Assembly (NCBI GenBank): GCA_041170685.1
Contig: JBEDNI010000003.1
Location: 1-34,120 of the forward strand
Length of the DNA stretch: 34,120 bases
Origin: Bacteroidota bacterium
Lineage (GTDB): Bacteria > Bacteroidota > Bacteroidia > NS11-12g > UBA955
Direction: 5' to 3'
The translations under genes were made by a program, and so were the position numbers. The notes beneath the pieces are model-generated. The model saw only the letters and a program-made list of their open reading frames with translations, had not been told where the DNA came from and made no database searches. Position 1 is the stretch's first letter. Each line of letters opens with the position of its first letter. Shown here piece after piece: positions 9,560-20,037 of the stretch.

Positions 9560-11729
9560 TTGTCCTTGCGGAATCCTCTTATCATTCTGTTTGTTATATC
9601 ATCTCTTGATGCATTCGCTCAGGTGTATCCCATTCAGAAAACAGAGGAAAATATTGTTATTGATGGCAATTTAACGGAAGCTGTCTGGCAAAAAGCGCCT
9701 TTGCAAAATCGTTTTATACAACACTTTCCTTACGACACATCCGAATCATTGACGCGAACCGGTTTTATGCTGGCGTATGATGAACAACGGCTGTATGCAG
9801 CATTCATCTGTGTGAACCGTAACCCGGATAAGCCCTTTGTGGTGCAGAGTCTGAAGCGGGATTTTAGCATTACCCAAAGCGACGCCGTGGTCCTCACGTT
9901 AAGTCCGTTTGGAGACGGTCAAAATGGATTCTCATTTGGGGTTACCCCACAAAATGCACAGCGGGAGGGCTCTGTAGAAAACGGTGGCGGATTTGGGGTG
10001 TCTACTGCATGGGATCAGATATGGTATAGTGCCACCCGCATAACCCGAGATACCTGGTTCGCCGAGTTTGAGATTCCTTTCAAATCCCTGCGTTTCCCCG
10101 ATGGACTTAAAAACTGGCGCTTTAATGTGGCACGGGCTGATTTTCGAAATAATGAAGTAAGTACTTGGATTAAAGTACCCCGGATGTTTAATATCAGTGC
10201 ACTTACCTTTACCGGAACTTTGCAATGGCCGGCTTCACCTGCCCGCAAAGGCCCCAACCTGGCTCTCATACCCTATGTGAGTAGTCTGGCAACCGGCGAA
10301 AAGGGAGAGTTTCTGAAGGACAATACCCCCAGGGTTGGGCTAGATGCCAAGGTAGGCCTGAGTTCATCCCTAAACTTAGATGTGACACTAAACCCGGACT
10401 TTGCCCAGGTGGATGTGGATGAGCAGCAAATCAACCTGACCCGGTTTTCCTTGTTTTTCCCCGAAAGGAGACAGTTTTTTATTGAAAACAGCGATCTGTT
10501 CGCCCAGTTTGGTTTTCGTCAGATACGGCCTTTCTTTAGCCGTAGGATAGGCCTTTCTCAGGCAGGCAACATCCCCATTGATGTGGGTGCCAGAATAACT
10601 GGTAAAATTGGAAAAGATCTTAGGCTGGGTATTATGAATGTTCAAACCCGAAGAATAGACTCGCTTATTCCGGCTAAGAATTATGCTGTGGCTGCATTTC
10701 AGCGGAAAATACTGGCTGCCAGTTATCTGGGGGGAATTTTGGTGAGCGAGCAGGCGGTAGGCGCTGTGAATGCAAAGCGAAATTCTGTGGCAGGACTTGA
10801 GTTTAATTTGCTCGCCCCCAACAATCGATGGGTGGGTAAGGCATTTGTGCAGAAGGCCCTTTATGAAGGCCTGAAACCTAACAATGGATATGCCCATGCC
10901 TCATATTTATCTTACCGCACCCTTAAATGGGAGGCCATGTGGAACCATGAGTATGTTTCAGGTAAGTTTCGCGCCCCAACGGGATTTGTGCCTCGCATTG
11001 AAAACTATGACCCCGTACTGCGTAAAACCTTTTTCATGAGTTATGGCCGTCTGGAACCCATGATTAGCCGGATATTTTATCCCAAAAGCAGTGTGATTAA
11101 CAACTTTTCATTTAACCTGTATAACAGTACCTACACCGACAGCAATTACCGGATAACAGAGGCGGTTACTACCTTTTCAGGGAAAGTGTTGTTGCAGAAC
11201 AGTGCCAGTTTCAGGTTGGCTGCTAACCGTGAGTTTTTCTGGTTATTTCAGCCCTTTAATCCGGTGAATCCCAGAGACTTCTACCGGAGAATACCGTTTT
11301 CAAAGCGTGTCAGCATCGGCAATTAGCAACAATCGGAAGCCCTTGAATGGTTCATTGGAATGCCAGTATGGTTCGTATTTTGGCGGAGAAAAACTATCCC
11401 TTACAGGAGCTGTGCAATACCGCCTTCAGCCAAGATTTCTCTTTACCCTCAATTTCCGCCGCATTAATATTGATATTCCCAAACTTGGAAAAGACACCCT
11501 GAATCTCATTGGGGTAAAAACAGAGTATAGTCTTAGCAACACCATGTATTTTACCGCTTTTTTCCAGTACAATACCCAGGCAGAAAATGTGAATGTAAAC
11601 GTCCGGTATCAATGGCGATACAGACCTATGAGTGACTTTTTTGTGGTGTATTCCGAGAACTATGAGCCCCGCTTCCTCACCAAAAACAGAAGTCTGGCAT
11701 TTAAGTGGGTATATTGGTTCAATACCTAA
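9560..11729 (+). pseudogene. DUF5916 / CBM9-like outer-membrane protein, interrupted by a frameshift
   Basis: Two consecutive ORFs: 9560-11326 (588 aa) and 11307-11729 (140 aa, next frame). Together they give about 722 aa, the size of single-chain family members. Signal peptide plus IDGNLTEAVWQKAP at the N-terminus, and RYQWRYRPMSDFFVVYSENY near the C-terminus. The second frame is open from 11268. Confidence 0.7.
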
Positions 11730-11739
11730 AAGGTATTAA

Positions 11740-13563
11740 TTATGCCAACTGCTGTAACTGGATGAGTTTGTGATACAAACTTTTATTGGCCAATAGTTCT
11801 TCATGATTGCCTACCTCCGTAATTCGGCCCTGATCCATTACCACAATTAAATCTGCATGGGTAACCGTGCTTAAACGATGTGCTATGATAATACTGGTGC
11901 GGTTCTGCATCAGTTTTTCCAATGCGGCCTGCACGGCCTTTTCACTCTGACTGTCAAGTGCACTGGTGGCCTCGTCCAGAATGAGAATCTGCGGATCTTT
12001 GAGCAATGCCCTGGCAATGCCCAAGCGTTGTCTTTGACCACCACTGAGCTTGCTGCCACGCTCACCGATATTGGATTGATAACCATGCTCCAATTGCTCT
12101 ATAAACTCATGGGCATAGGCCGCTTTAGCCGCATCGGTAACCGCCTTTTCATCGGCTTCCGGTTTTCCCAGTGCAATGTTGTTGCGCACGGATTCATTAA
12201 ACAAAATACTTTCCTGACTTACCATGCCCATCAGTTGTCTAAGGTCATCCTGCCGAAACTCGCGCAAATCATGTCCGTCCAGCAAAATGCTGCCGGAATC
12301 CACATCGTAAAATCTCGCTATTAAATCGGTGAAGGTCGTTTTCCCTGCTCCACTAGGGCCCACCAGGGCAATGGTTTGCCCTTTTTTAATGGTCAAGTTA
12401 ATGTTGTGCAGAACTGCTTTGTTGGGATCATATCCAAAGGAAACATCCCTAAATTCAATGCTGTGTTCAAAAGAAGGGACTTTGGGATAAATCGGATCCT
12501 GAACCCGCACCGGTGCATTCACCAGTTCTTCGATGCGGTGCAGACTGGCCTGTCCGCGCACCGCCGCAGAATACGAGGAGCTCAGTGCCTTGAACGGATT
12601 AATCAGTTGGCTGAATATGGCAAAATAGGTGAGAAAAAACTCGGGGTTGAGGGTGCCGCCAAAAACCATGTTACCGCCCAGCCAAAGTAATGCTGCCGAA
12701 ACAGCAATGCCGATGGTTTCGCTGAGCGGTGAGGATAAATCATACCGTCGCTGCACACCAATATTATTGCGGGTATAGGACCAATCTTCCTCACTGTATT
12801 TTTTGCGAAAAAAACCTGCGGCGTTGAATGCTTTGATGATGCGCATACCGCTGATGCTTTCTTCAAATGATGACATGATGCGACCTGCCAGTTCCTGATT
12901 ACGGGTGCTTTTTTTCCGCAGGCTCCGGCTTAATAAACCAATAAAAATCGCTGTAAGCGGAAGGAAAATAACAATATAAAGGGTAAGTTGCGGAGACAAA
13001 AAAATCAGCGCACAGAGAAATAGCAATATGGTCAGTGGTTGCATGTACAGGGCTTCCAGCGATACCATCAGCGCAAACTCAATTTCTTTCATGTCATTGC
13101 TCATGCGGGAGAGCAAGTCACCCTTGCGTTCTTCATTGAAATAGGCCACAGGCAGTTCCAGACAGCGATTGTAGATGTTCATTCGCATACCGCGAACGGC
13201 CATATTGCGCAATTTGGCCATCACACTCATGGCAGCAAAACGACTTAGGTTTTTCACAACGGTTATAATGACCAGTGCAATACACAAATACGCCAGCGCC
13301 CTAAGGGGATCTCCTTTAGCAAGTCCGCCAAACCAGTGTATGAATGCTTCGTAATGTGCTGAAAACCAGTTGCCTACATCAAGCCCTTTGGTGTCTAGGC
13401 CTGGCGCAGTGTCGTTCGGCTTAAAGAGGAATTTTAGCACCGGCATAATCATAAGCAGGGTACTGAGGTGTAGCAGTATATACAACAGGTTAAAGCCGAA
13501 ATTCAGAAAAATCAGCCCTTTGTAGGGCCGCGCATGACGATAAAACTGCAGAATGGCTTTCAA
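11740..13563 (-). CDS. ABC exporter, fused permease/ATPase (MsbA-like)
   Basis: 607 aa. N-terminal multi-TM exporter domain, then Walker A GPSGAGKT, signature LSGGQRQR and Walker B ILILDEATSALD. TTG is the only possible start after the upstream in-frame stop. Confidence 0.9.
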   Translation of the reverse strand: MKAILQFYRHARPYKGLIFLNFGFNLLYILLHLSTLLMIMPVLKFLFKPNDTAPGLDTKGLDVGNWFSAHYEAFIHWFGGLAKGDPLRALAYLCIALVIITVVKNLSRFAAMSVMAKLRNMAVRGMRMNIYNRCLELPVAYFNEERKGDLLSRMSNDMKEIEFALMVSLEALYMQPLTILLFLCALIFLSPQLTLYIVIFLPLTAIFIGLLSRSLRKKSTRNQELAGRIMSSFEESISGMRIIKAFNAAGFFRKKYSEEDWSYTRNNIGVQRRYDLSSPLSETIGIAVSAALLWLGGNMVFGGTLNPEFFLTYFAIFSQLINPFKALSSSYSAAVRGQASLHRIEELVNAPVRVQDPIYPKVPSFEHSIEFRDVSFGYDPNKAVLHNINLTIKKGQTIALVGPSGAGKTTFTDLIARFYDVDSGSILLDGHDLREFRQDDLRQLMGMVSQESILFNESVRNNIALGKPEADEKAVTDAAKAAYAHEFIEQLEHGYQSNIGERGSKLSGGQRQRLGIARALLKDPQILILDEATSALDSQSEKAVQAALEKLMQNRTSIIIAHRLSTVTHADLIVVMDQGRITEVGNHEELLANKSLYHKLIQLQQLA

Positions 13564-13596
13564 CTGTTTGCGAAATTACGCAAATTTGCATGGAAC

Positions 13597-14211
13597 ATGA
13601 GAAAAAGCATAGGGTTTGCGCTATTGATGTTGCTTTTTGGGGCATGTCAGAACAATGAGGAAGTGCTTGATAAGAAGCAGTCCGACAGTATTTATACAAG
13701 CGCTGTGATCCACGAGCGACAGCAAAAAGACGCGGCTTTTGCCATGTCGCCCAATAGTCCGTTCAGGGATGTACAGGAAGATTTCAGTGGTTTGCAATAT
13801 TATCCGGTATCTACCGAATGGAAAGTAAACTGTCGCTGGGATAAGCGCCATTCCGGCAATTGGGTAACGCTGCCTGATTCCAAGGGTAAGAAGCGGGTTT
13901 ACAAGGTTGCGGGAACATTTAAATTCCGCATTCAGAATCGTGATTGCGAGATAGAGGCTTATTTTGAGGATTCCGCGGAAACCGCCTTTTTTATCATGTT
14001 TCGGGATTCAACCAACGGCAAAGAGAGTTATCAGGGGGGGCGGTATATTGAATTTCAGCATGCCGGTTCAAACGACGTCGTGCTGGATTTTAACCGGGCT
14101 TTCAATCCCTACTGCCATTACAACCATAACTATGCATGCCCTTTAGTACCTGCATCTCATTTCCTTCCGGTATTTGTCCGCGCCGGTGAGCGAAGCTACC
14201 CCGTTAAATGA
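13597..14211 (+). CDS. DUF1684 family lipoprotein
   Basis: ATG 13597 gives MRKSIGFALLMLLFGAC (lipobox), followed by acidic QNNEE. FRDSTNGKESYQGGRYIEF and NRAFNPYCHYN are DUF1684-like. The ORF-track start 13534 would overlap the divergent ABC gene. Confidence 0.78.
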   Translation: MRKSIGFALLMLLFGACQNNEEVLDKKQSDSIYTSAVIHERQQKDAAFAMSPNSPFRDVQEDFSGLQYYPVSTEWKVNCRWDKRHSGNWVTLPDSKGKKRVYKVAGTFKFRIQNRDCEIEAYFEDSAETAFFIMFRDSTNGKESYQGGRYIEFQHAGSNDVVLDFNRAFNPYCHYNHNYACPLVPASHFLPVFVRAGERSYPVK

Positions 14212-14226
14212 AGCCACCCCGGCGTA

Positions 14227-15498
14227 TTACAATCGAACCCGAAGGGAAACATAAGCCCCAAAGCCATTGAAACGACCCGGCATTGCCAGACTTTCCAGGC
14301 CCTCGAGGCGCATATTTACCTGCAAACCGCCACGCTGTATGGGTTTCCATGTCCAGTAACTGAGTAAATTAATATTCCAGGTATCAAAACCGCCCAGGCT
14401 AACACTGGGGTAAAACCGAACCGCACCAATACCGAGTCTGATTTTGGGCTGATAATCAAGCCGGGGCAGATATCCCGGTAAATTTCGATAGCTCAATCTA
14501 ACAAAGCCCCATTTTTCATGATTCGCGGCAAGGTAGACTGTAAAAGGGGCTAACAGGGTTTTCGATTTACGACTGCTATCCAGTCCAATTTGCCTTTTAA
14601 TGGTATCAACGCGGTCACCAAACCAGTCGCCACGAAAAATACGGTTAAGTGATGTGCTGGCAGTTTGTAGGCGCACTGTGCTGTCAGCCATACCCGGCAA
14701 TCGGTTGTAGGTTTTGAGGTCATTGGTATAATACAATCCGGCATTTTCCAGTCCTACAAAAACCATTTTCCATGGTCCGGAACTAAAATCATAAGTGATA
14801 CCGGAGTTGATAGTAAGGCCAAATCCGCCCTGAGCACGCTGCACACTGCCACCCCAAAGCACATCTACATGCTGGGCCAGGGTATCCGTGAAGACCTGTG
14901 CCCTAAAGTTATTAATAGCGCTGTAACTGCGTAACCACCCCGGGTTGATGCTTCCTTGGTATGTAACCCTGCCTTTTCCATGGAGTAATTTTTTGGATTT
15001 TTCAAATCCCAAACCCAGCTCCAGCACGTCCCATTGTACAGCTTTATTGATACCGGCATCAAGGGTTTGACCCAAATACGCGCCGTTGCCTTGAAAAACC
15101 AGCCGGAAAGCATCATCATTAAACCTGATACCACCCATCTGATGGCGGCGTATAATGAACTTGTCAGAAACATTCAGCTGCATGGTTGAAGCAATTCCAC
15201 CGCTAACCTGAGATTTTAACCGAGCTTCGGTTTGGGTAATGCGTTCTGAAGGAATATAACCGCCAAGCAAAAAACGACCTGTGATAGAGAGGGGCATCCC
15301 CGCAGAGCCGCTTTCGCTTAACACAGAAACTGCTATCATACTGGATTGTATCGTATAAACAGTATCTTTTGATGGCAGATTAATGGAAGTATCGTTTTTT
15401 ACTACTGTGTTGGACACTTTGGTGGTGTCAATCATCTGTGCCTGCAATGTTTGGGCTGTCAGCAGCAACCCCAAAAGGAATTTAAAACTGTGCTTCAT
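14227..15498 (-). CDS. Hypothetical secreted protein, predicted outer-membrane beta-barrel
   Basis: 423 aa with signal peptide MKHSFKFLLGLLLTAQTLQAQ. Rich in G/S/T/N/Y with alternating hydrophobic periodicity, ending in the amphipathic strand AYVSLRVRL. I recognise no family. The start overlaps the upstream lipoprotein gene by 17 nt. Confidence 0.6.
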   Translation of the reverse strand: MKHSFKFLLGLLLTAQTLQAQMIDTTKVSNTVVKNDTSINLPSKDTVYTIQSSMIAVSVLSESGSAGMPLSITGRFLLGGYIPSERITQTEARLKSQVSGGIASTMQLNVSDKFIIRRHQMGGIRFNDDAFRLVFQGNGAYLGQTLDAGINKAVQWDVLELGLGFEKSKKLLHGKGRVTYQGSINPGWLRSYSAINNFRAQVFTDTLAQHVDVLWGGSVQRAQGGFGLTINSGITYDFSSGPWKMVFVGLENAGLYYTNDLKTYNRLPGMADSTVRLQTASTSLNRIFRGDWFGDRVDTIKRQIGLDSSRKSKTLLAPFTVYLAANHEKWGFVRLSYRNLPGYLPRLDYQPKIRLGIGAVRFYPSVSLGGFDTWNINLLSYWTWKPIQRGGLQVNMRLEGLESLAMPGRFNGFGAYVSLRVRL

Positions 15499-17509
15499 AC
15501 TCTGCTTGCAGACTGGTTTTTACCTTAAGTTTATAGGTGTTATATATCTTTTGTTGTGTGCCATTTCCCACCACCCGGGCCTTGATGGCCACAGCATGTG
15601 CTTTTCTAAGAGACTCTATGCGTTCCCGGGGAATATTTGCCCGCAATATCGTTCTGGATGCAGCCAAGGGTTCACCGGTAGGCGTTGTTTTGCCGGCCAT
15701 GATGGTCCCGGGATATACTGATACATCGCCCAACGAATTGCCGTATTGATCCAAGAGTGAGAAGGCCATATCTACTTCAAACGGATAATCATTTTCCACA
15801 TCAAAAATCACAGTTGCGGTTTTCACACGTTGTACCTGAGGAATACTGGCTGCTTCTATACCCTGGGTATCACGAAGATTTAATCCGCCTACAGTGAAAC
15901 TCACAGGCGCTTCCAGCCGCAGGTAAATGTCAGCACTTGAATTGTCAAACACAAAGTCTTTCCAGTTACTGACATTGCCATTGGGATTGGTTTCTATATC
16001 GATATCGTAATGGATAAACTGGGGCAAATTCTCTACAAATGCCTTGATGTTGGAATTGCTGCCATCAAGTACTACCTGTTTGTCTGTTGTTTCTCCATAA
16101 TTGAAGGGTGCAGGGCCAATAATTACATCATTATTAAGGGGAGAGGCGCTCAATTTTACTTTATTGCCACTAAAAATATTTTCGCTTTCCAGCGATTTTA
16201 CCCGCACCCTGCCTTCTGCACCAATGCTGTTTTTCACGAGCACCGAGGCCTTGAAATCCTTAAACACAATATTCCCATCAGCACCCTTGAAGAGTACAAA
16301 TGGGGCCTTCCCCACAGAGTTATTCAGGGTTTGACCCATATAACCTGTGGCGTATTCGGGCAGCAAATCTGTGAGCGCATAATAGATTCGCAGACTGTCG
16401 TTGAGTGTAACCTGTACTTTACGGCCGCTGCTGTCCAGCGACACAATCATAATCTGATGAAAAGTGTTTACGGTATCTTTAACATTGGGGTCTCGGCCAC
16501 GATAATCCAGCAAATAACCGCTCATATCCACGGTCTCCTCCTTGCGCTCTGTGGCACCTGGTCTGGCGCCCGGCATTTTCACCACGCGTTCTAGTGGCAC
16601 ACCATTTAGACTGGCCGATGGGATTTTGAGTACCATGGTCATGTTTTCCTGAATCGTAGATTCTACTTTCAGTCTTAACCAACCCTGTTTAACCTTGAAG
16701 AATTTCACCTGTGGACCACCCATATCCAGCACCAGTGCTTCATCCTGCTCTATCACATTTTGGTTGGGAAAAGCAGCAATAGCATCACGGGGGCGCAAAT
16801 TGCGCACCGTGAGCGTAACTTCCACCCCTTTTGAAGCGTTGATAAGTACGGGTCCATTGCTGGCTTCCGTTATCAGGTGGCGGATTACTCCTTTCAGCCC
16901 TTTGTTTACGGTCTTGTTCCGCAAGCTGATACTTTTGGTAGCACTCGAACCTTGATTAATATTTAGGAATGAGTCTTTGGCCACAACCGAACCATCTGAG
17001 GCGTTTTGCAGTTCAAATACCAGCAGGGAAACCTTTACAGGCAGCTCATTGTTGATGGAAATATCCAAAAATCCCGAATCGAGGGTGGCGGTTTCAAAAA
17101 ATGCTGATGCATCAATATCTACCGGGCTAAGGTTGGTTTGATTCTGTGCAGGAACTCCGATGGTTTGACCGTCGAGTAGGCGGAAAGTAGGGTTGATCTG
17201 GGCCAGGGTAATGCGTTGCACAATGCTGCGGTCGCTGAGTTTAAGGCGGCGCAGTGTGAAGGCGGTATTCAAACTGGTATCGGGTGCGGTAACCCTGAGA
17301 CTGCGGGCATTGTAAACCAGATTGTCGTATATCAGAGTGTATCCGCTGTCGCTGGCATTGTTAACCAGAAAGCGCCTGTCTACATCATTTAGGGTCATTT
17401 CGGTGCTGAACAGGGGTACAGCAACATTGTTGTCCCACCGAGCAGTCTTACGGCTGCAAGCAACCGTGGTAAGAGCCACAAAGGCATATAATAAGACTAA
17501 ATTTCGCAC
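15482..17509 (-). CDS. Hypothetical large lipoprotein (beta-sandwich modules)
   Basis: 675 aa with GTG start. Lipobox LTTVAC (Cys18) is followed by basic SRKTAR. Beta-rich. Similar modules occur near both ends: ISINNELPVKVSLLVFELQNASDGSVV and FDVENDYPFEVDMAFSLLDQYGNSLG. I recognise no family. Confidence 0.6.
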   Translation of the reverse strand: MRNLVLLYAFVALTTVACSRKTARWDNNVAVPLFSTEMTLNDVDRRFLVNNASDSGYTLIYDNLVYNARSLRVTAPDTSLNTAFTLRRLKLSDRSIVQRITLAQINPTFRLLDGQTIGVPAQNQTNLSPVDIDASAFFETATLDSGFLDISINNELPVKVSLLVFELQNASDGSVVAKDSFLNINQGSSATKSISLRNKTVNKGLKGVIRHLITEASNGPVLINASKGVEVTLTVRNLRPRDAIAAFPNQNVIEQDEALVLDMGGPQVKFFKVKQGWLRLKVESTIQENMTMVLKIPSASLNGVPLERVVKMPGARPGATERKEETVDMSGYLLDYRGRDPNVKDTVNTFHQIMIVSLDSSGRKVQVTLNDSLRIYYALTDLLPEYATGYMGQTLNNSVGKAPFVLFKGADGNIVFKDFKASVLVKNSIGAEGRVRVKSLESENIFSGNKVKLSASPLNNDVIIGPAPFNYGETTDKQVVLDGSNSNIKAFVENLPQFIHYDIDIETNPNGNVSNWKDFVFDNSSADIYLRLEAPVSFTVGGLNLRDTQGIEAASIPQVQRVKTATVIFDVENDYPFEVDMAFSLLDQYGNSLGDVSVYPGTIMAGKTTPTGEPLAASRTILRANIPRERIESLRKAHAVAIKARVVGNGTQQKIYNTYKLKVKTSLQAEYEAQF

Positions 17510-17536
17510 AATATTGCGAATATAGGGCTTTGAGCC

Positions 17537-17998
17537 CTAAACCAAATTCAATCGTTGTAGGTATTGCACTAAGTTGACATCGAAAAACAGCAGAGAACCA
17601 AAAATTAAGGTACCCCAAAATGCGATGCTTATGCTTTGCCAAAGGATGATTTTGTGTTTTTCCTGGATGAAGGTTGTACAAAGCAAGGTACCCACAGGAA
17701 TGCTGAGTATAAGAGGGGTGAGCAAGGCAATGAGTGGAAGTCCGCCGTGCAGCCGCATCCACACCAGTCGCCGGTTGGTTTTGGTGAAACGCTTTTTGTT
17801 TTTGCTGAATTTTTTAAGGTAGCTCTCCAGCCAATATTCGCTGTAAGTAAACAATACGACGCCCAGAAATGCCCCGGCCGAGGTGAAAATCCACCCAAAG
17901 AGAGGATCGTGAAAACCGGCCAAAGCCACTCCGACCCCAATCAGATATTTTACGGTGGACCACAGAAAACTCAACAGCGCGGCAGTTCCAAAAGACAT
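17537..17998 (-). CDS. Small polytopic inner-membrane protein, unknown function
   Basis: 153 aa from ATG 17998, with about four hydrophobic helices and a basic loop KKFSKNKKRFTKTNRR. An exact -7 box (TACATTTG, 18004-18011) lies 5 nt upstream. The longer ORF-track versions (to 18103 or 18313) overlap the divergent porin gene. Confidence 0.55.
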   Translation of the reverse strand: MSFGTAALLSFLWSTVKYLIGVGVALAGFHDPLFGWIFTSAGAFLGVVLFTYSEYWLESYLKKFSKNKKRFTKTNRRLVWMRLHGGLPLIALLTPLILSIPVGTLLCTTFIQEKHKIILWQSISIAFWGTLIFGSLLFFDVNLVQYLQRLNLV

Positions 17999-18003
17999 AG
18001 CAG

Positions 18004-18011
18004 CAAATGTA
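18004..18011 (-). promoter_or_regulatory. -7 box (TACATTTG) upstream of the small membrane protein gene
   Basis: Exact TAnnTTTG on the minus strand, 5 nt upstream of ATG 17998. Confidence 0.35.
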
Positions 18012-18101
18012 CGGCAACCCCTGAGGCATTCTGCTGTCCTTTTGGGTAATTCGTCGGGCAAAACCACAATAAAGCCGAAAAAAACCTGCAATTTTGCACC
18101 C

Positions 18102-20036
18102 ATGTTGCGTTTGTCAGTGTCACTGCTATTGGGAATGTCAGGGTTACTCCTGCAGGCCCAGATACAGGGTGGTTTTGGCAGAATGGATCGTGAAACACCG
18201 CAGGGCCGAACCGATAGTATGCGCAAGTCTACGGGAGTTCGCACAGATCCCGGCTCTGCACGCTTCACAGACCTTAGTGCAGGAAGGGACTCTTTTGTGG
18301 CATGGGATAGCACCTTGCCTATGGTTCAGCGTTATGACAGGGCCAGAGCAACCGGTCTGCCCTATGTAGATTTAGGACATTATGCATCACCCCAAAAATC
18401 GCTGTTGATTCATCCATTTGTGAATGCAGGACTACAATCGGGTTTTAATCCCTATGTTTTTCAGGATGTGAATCCGGAAACATTTACTTTCTATCGTGCC
18501 AAGATGCCTTTCACCCGCTTTAATTATCAGCAAGGTGGGAGCGGATTTATTGCATTGCATGCACAACACACCCAAAATATCCGCAAAAACTGGAACATTG
18601 CACTCGACTACAGCAGTGTAAACAACAAAGAATATTACATAAACAGCAAACAGGACCATTTGCACAGGGGAACCGCTCTTGGCAGTTATTACACTTCCAA
18701 AAATGGCCGTCTGAAGCAGTTTGCCATTCTGTCCTGGAATCGAGCCAGGCGGTTGGAAAATGGCGGTTTGGATAATGATACATTGTTGTTTTTCGATAAT
18801 GTCATAGATACCCAACCACGGTACAGTTTCAATACCCGCGGCAATTACAGATCCCGGCTCAGTACAGCGCAATCAGTCTATGCAAACCGCCATCATCTGG
18901 CAGAAACCCAGTATACGCTTGGTAAGGGGATGCCCTATATGTTTCACCGAGCAGACTGGACCCGCAGCTCCTACCGATATCTCGATTCACGCAGGGATAC
19001 CGGTTTTTATGGAGCCCAAACATACCGCAGTGCAGACAGTCTGAATGACAGCAGCGCCTGGAATGGACTTAGTAACCGCATTGGGCTGGGTTATTATATT
19101 AAAAACCCTGCACTAATGATAGGTTTGAGGGCATGGTATTCCCACGAATGGATGAGTTACAGCGCTAAATATTTATTGTCTGGTAAAGATGAAAATATGT
19201 CGCAGGGCCTCCATGCTCATGCTTACGGGCAGGGCAAAAAATGGGAATGGCAGGCCGAGGCAGCCACCTACCTGCGTGGATATAACCAAGGGGATTACAA
19301 TCTTAGGTTGGGTGGTCAATGGACTATGGCTAAACGTTGGGCACTTGCCTTGCGCTATCAATCACAAAAAGCCATGCCTGGATTATTTCAACAGCGGTTT
19401 TTTAGCAATCAGTTTCGAATCAGCAATGCCTGGCCGGCCGTAAAAACAGCAGCCGCTGAGTTGGGTGTTTCCTATTCAGGGAAACGCAACATGATATCAC
19501 TGGCATACGTATCAGGAAGTACAGAAGGCATGATCTATAATAGCGAAGACGCAATTTTTAGGCGTTCATCGGAGCTCACATACCGGCAAATACGGGGCCG
19601 ACTTCATTTACAGGCGGGTAAACTTCACACCGATCATATTTTTTACCTTCAAAACATTTCGGATGAAAAGGTTTGGTCAGCACCCCGGTTTAGCTCACTC
19701 AGCAGTCTGTATGTGCAGGGTTACATGTTTAAAAAGGCACTGCATGCCCGTTTTGGGGTAGATGTGGCCTGGCAAAGCGAGTATAATGCCTGGGCGTATC
19801 GACCCGATATGGCTAATTTTTACATTCGAAATGTCGGTAGGCCCGGTGGCAATTACCCTGTGGCAGATGTGTTTTTTACCGGAGAGATTAAAACAGTAAT
19901 TGTGACCTTTAAAATGGCACACATCAATAATTACCTCGCGAATTACGGGGTTTCCAATGCGTTTATGTCAGCACAGGGCTATGCCATAGAGCCACAGCGT
20001 TTTGTGTTGGGGCTGGTCTGGAGATTTCACTATTAA
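18102..20036 (+). CDS. Putative outer-membrane porin (Bacteroidota Porin_10-like)
   Basis: 644 aa from ATG 18102, which gives signal peptide MLRLSVSLLLGMSGLLLQAQ. Beta-rich, with many Y/W/G/N/S residues, and a terminal LVWRFHY aromatic beta-signal. The family is recalled from memory, not searched. Confidence 0.68.
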   Translation: MLRLSVSLLLGMSGLLLQAQIQGGFGRMDRETPQGRTDSMRKSTGVRTDPGSARFTDLSAGRDSFVAWDSTLPMVQRYDRARATGLPYVDLGHYASPQKSLLIHPFVNAGLQSGFNPYVFQDVNPETFTFYRAKMPFTRFNYQQGGSGFIALHAQHTQNIRKNWNIALDYSSVNNKEYYINSKQDHLHRGTALGSYYTSKNGRLKQFAILSWNRARRLENGGLDNDTLLFFDNVIDTQPRYSFNTRGNYRSRLSTAQSVYANRHHLAETQYTLGKGMPYMFHRADWTRSSYRYLDSRRDTGFYGAQTYRSADSLNDSSAWNGLSNRIGLGYYIKNPALMIGLRAWYSHEWMSYSAKYLLSGKDENMSQGLHAHAYGQGKKWEWQAEAATYLRGYNQGDYNLRLGGQWTMAKRWALALRYQSQKAMPGLFQQRFFSNQFRISNAWPAVKTAAAELGVSYSGKRNMISLAYVSGSTEGMIYNSEDAIFRRSSELTYRQIRGRLHLQAGKLHTDHIFYLQNISDEKVWSAPRFSSLSSLYVQGYMFKKALHARFGVDVAWQSEYNAWAYRPDMANFYIRNVGRPGGNYPVADVFFTGEIKTVIVTFKMAHINNYLANYGVSNAFMSAQGYAIEPQRFVLGLVWRFHY

Positions 20037-20037
20037 A

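Noticed and set aside
17523-17539. Hairpin TAGGGC-TTTGA-GCCCTA overlapping the stop codon of the small membrane protein gene, just upstream of the lipoprotein gene.
   Set aside because: The stem is only 6 bp and lies between co-directional genes 27 bp apart, so it could be chance. I did not call it a terminator or a regulatory element.
17955-18313. Overlapping long N-terminal extensions of the divergent porin (start 17955) and small membrane protein (start 18313). This includes back-to-back start codons sharing CATG at 18101-18104.
   Set aside because: The extensions encode Arg/Pro/Cys-rich sequence with no signal peptide. ATG 18102 gives a clean signal peptide for the porin. An exact -7 box supports ATG 17998 for the minus gene. 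The CATG coincidence is therefore probably not a real pair of overlapping starts.
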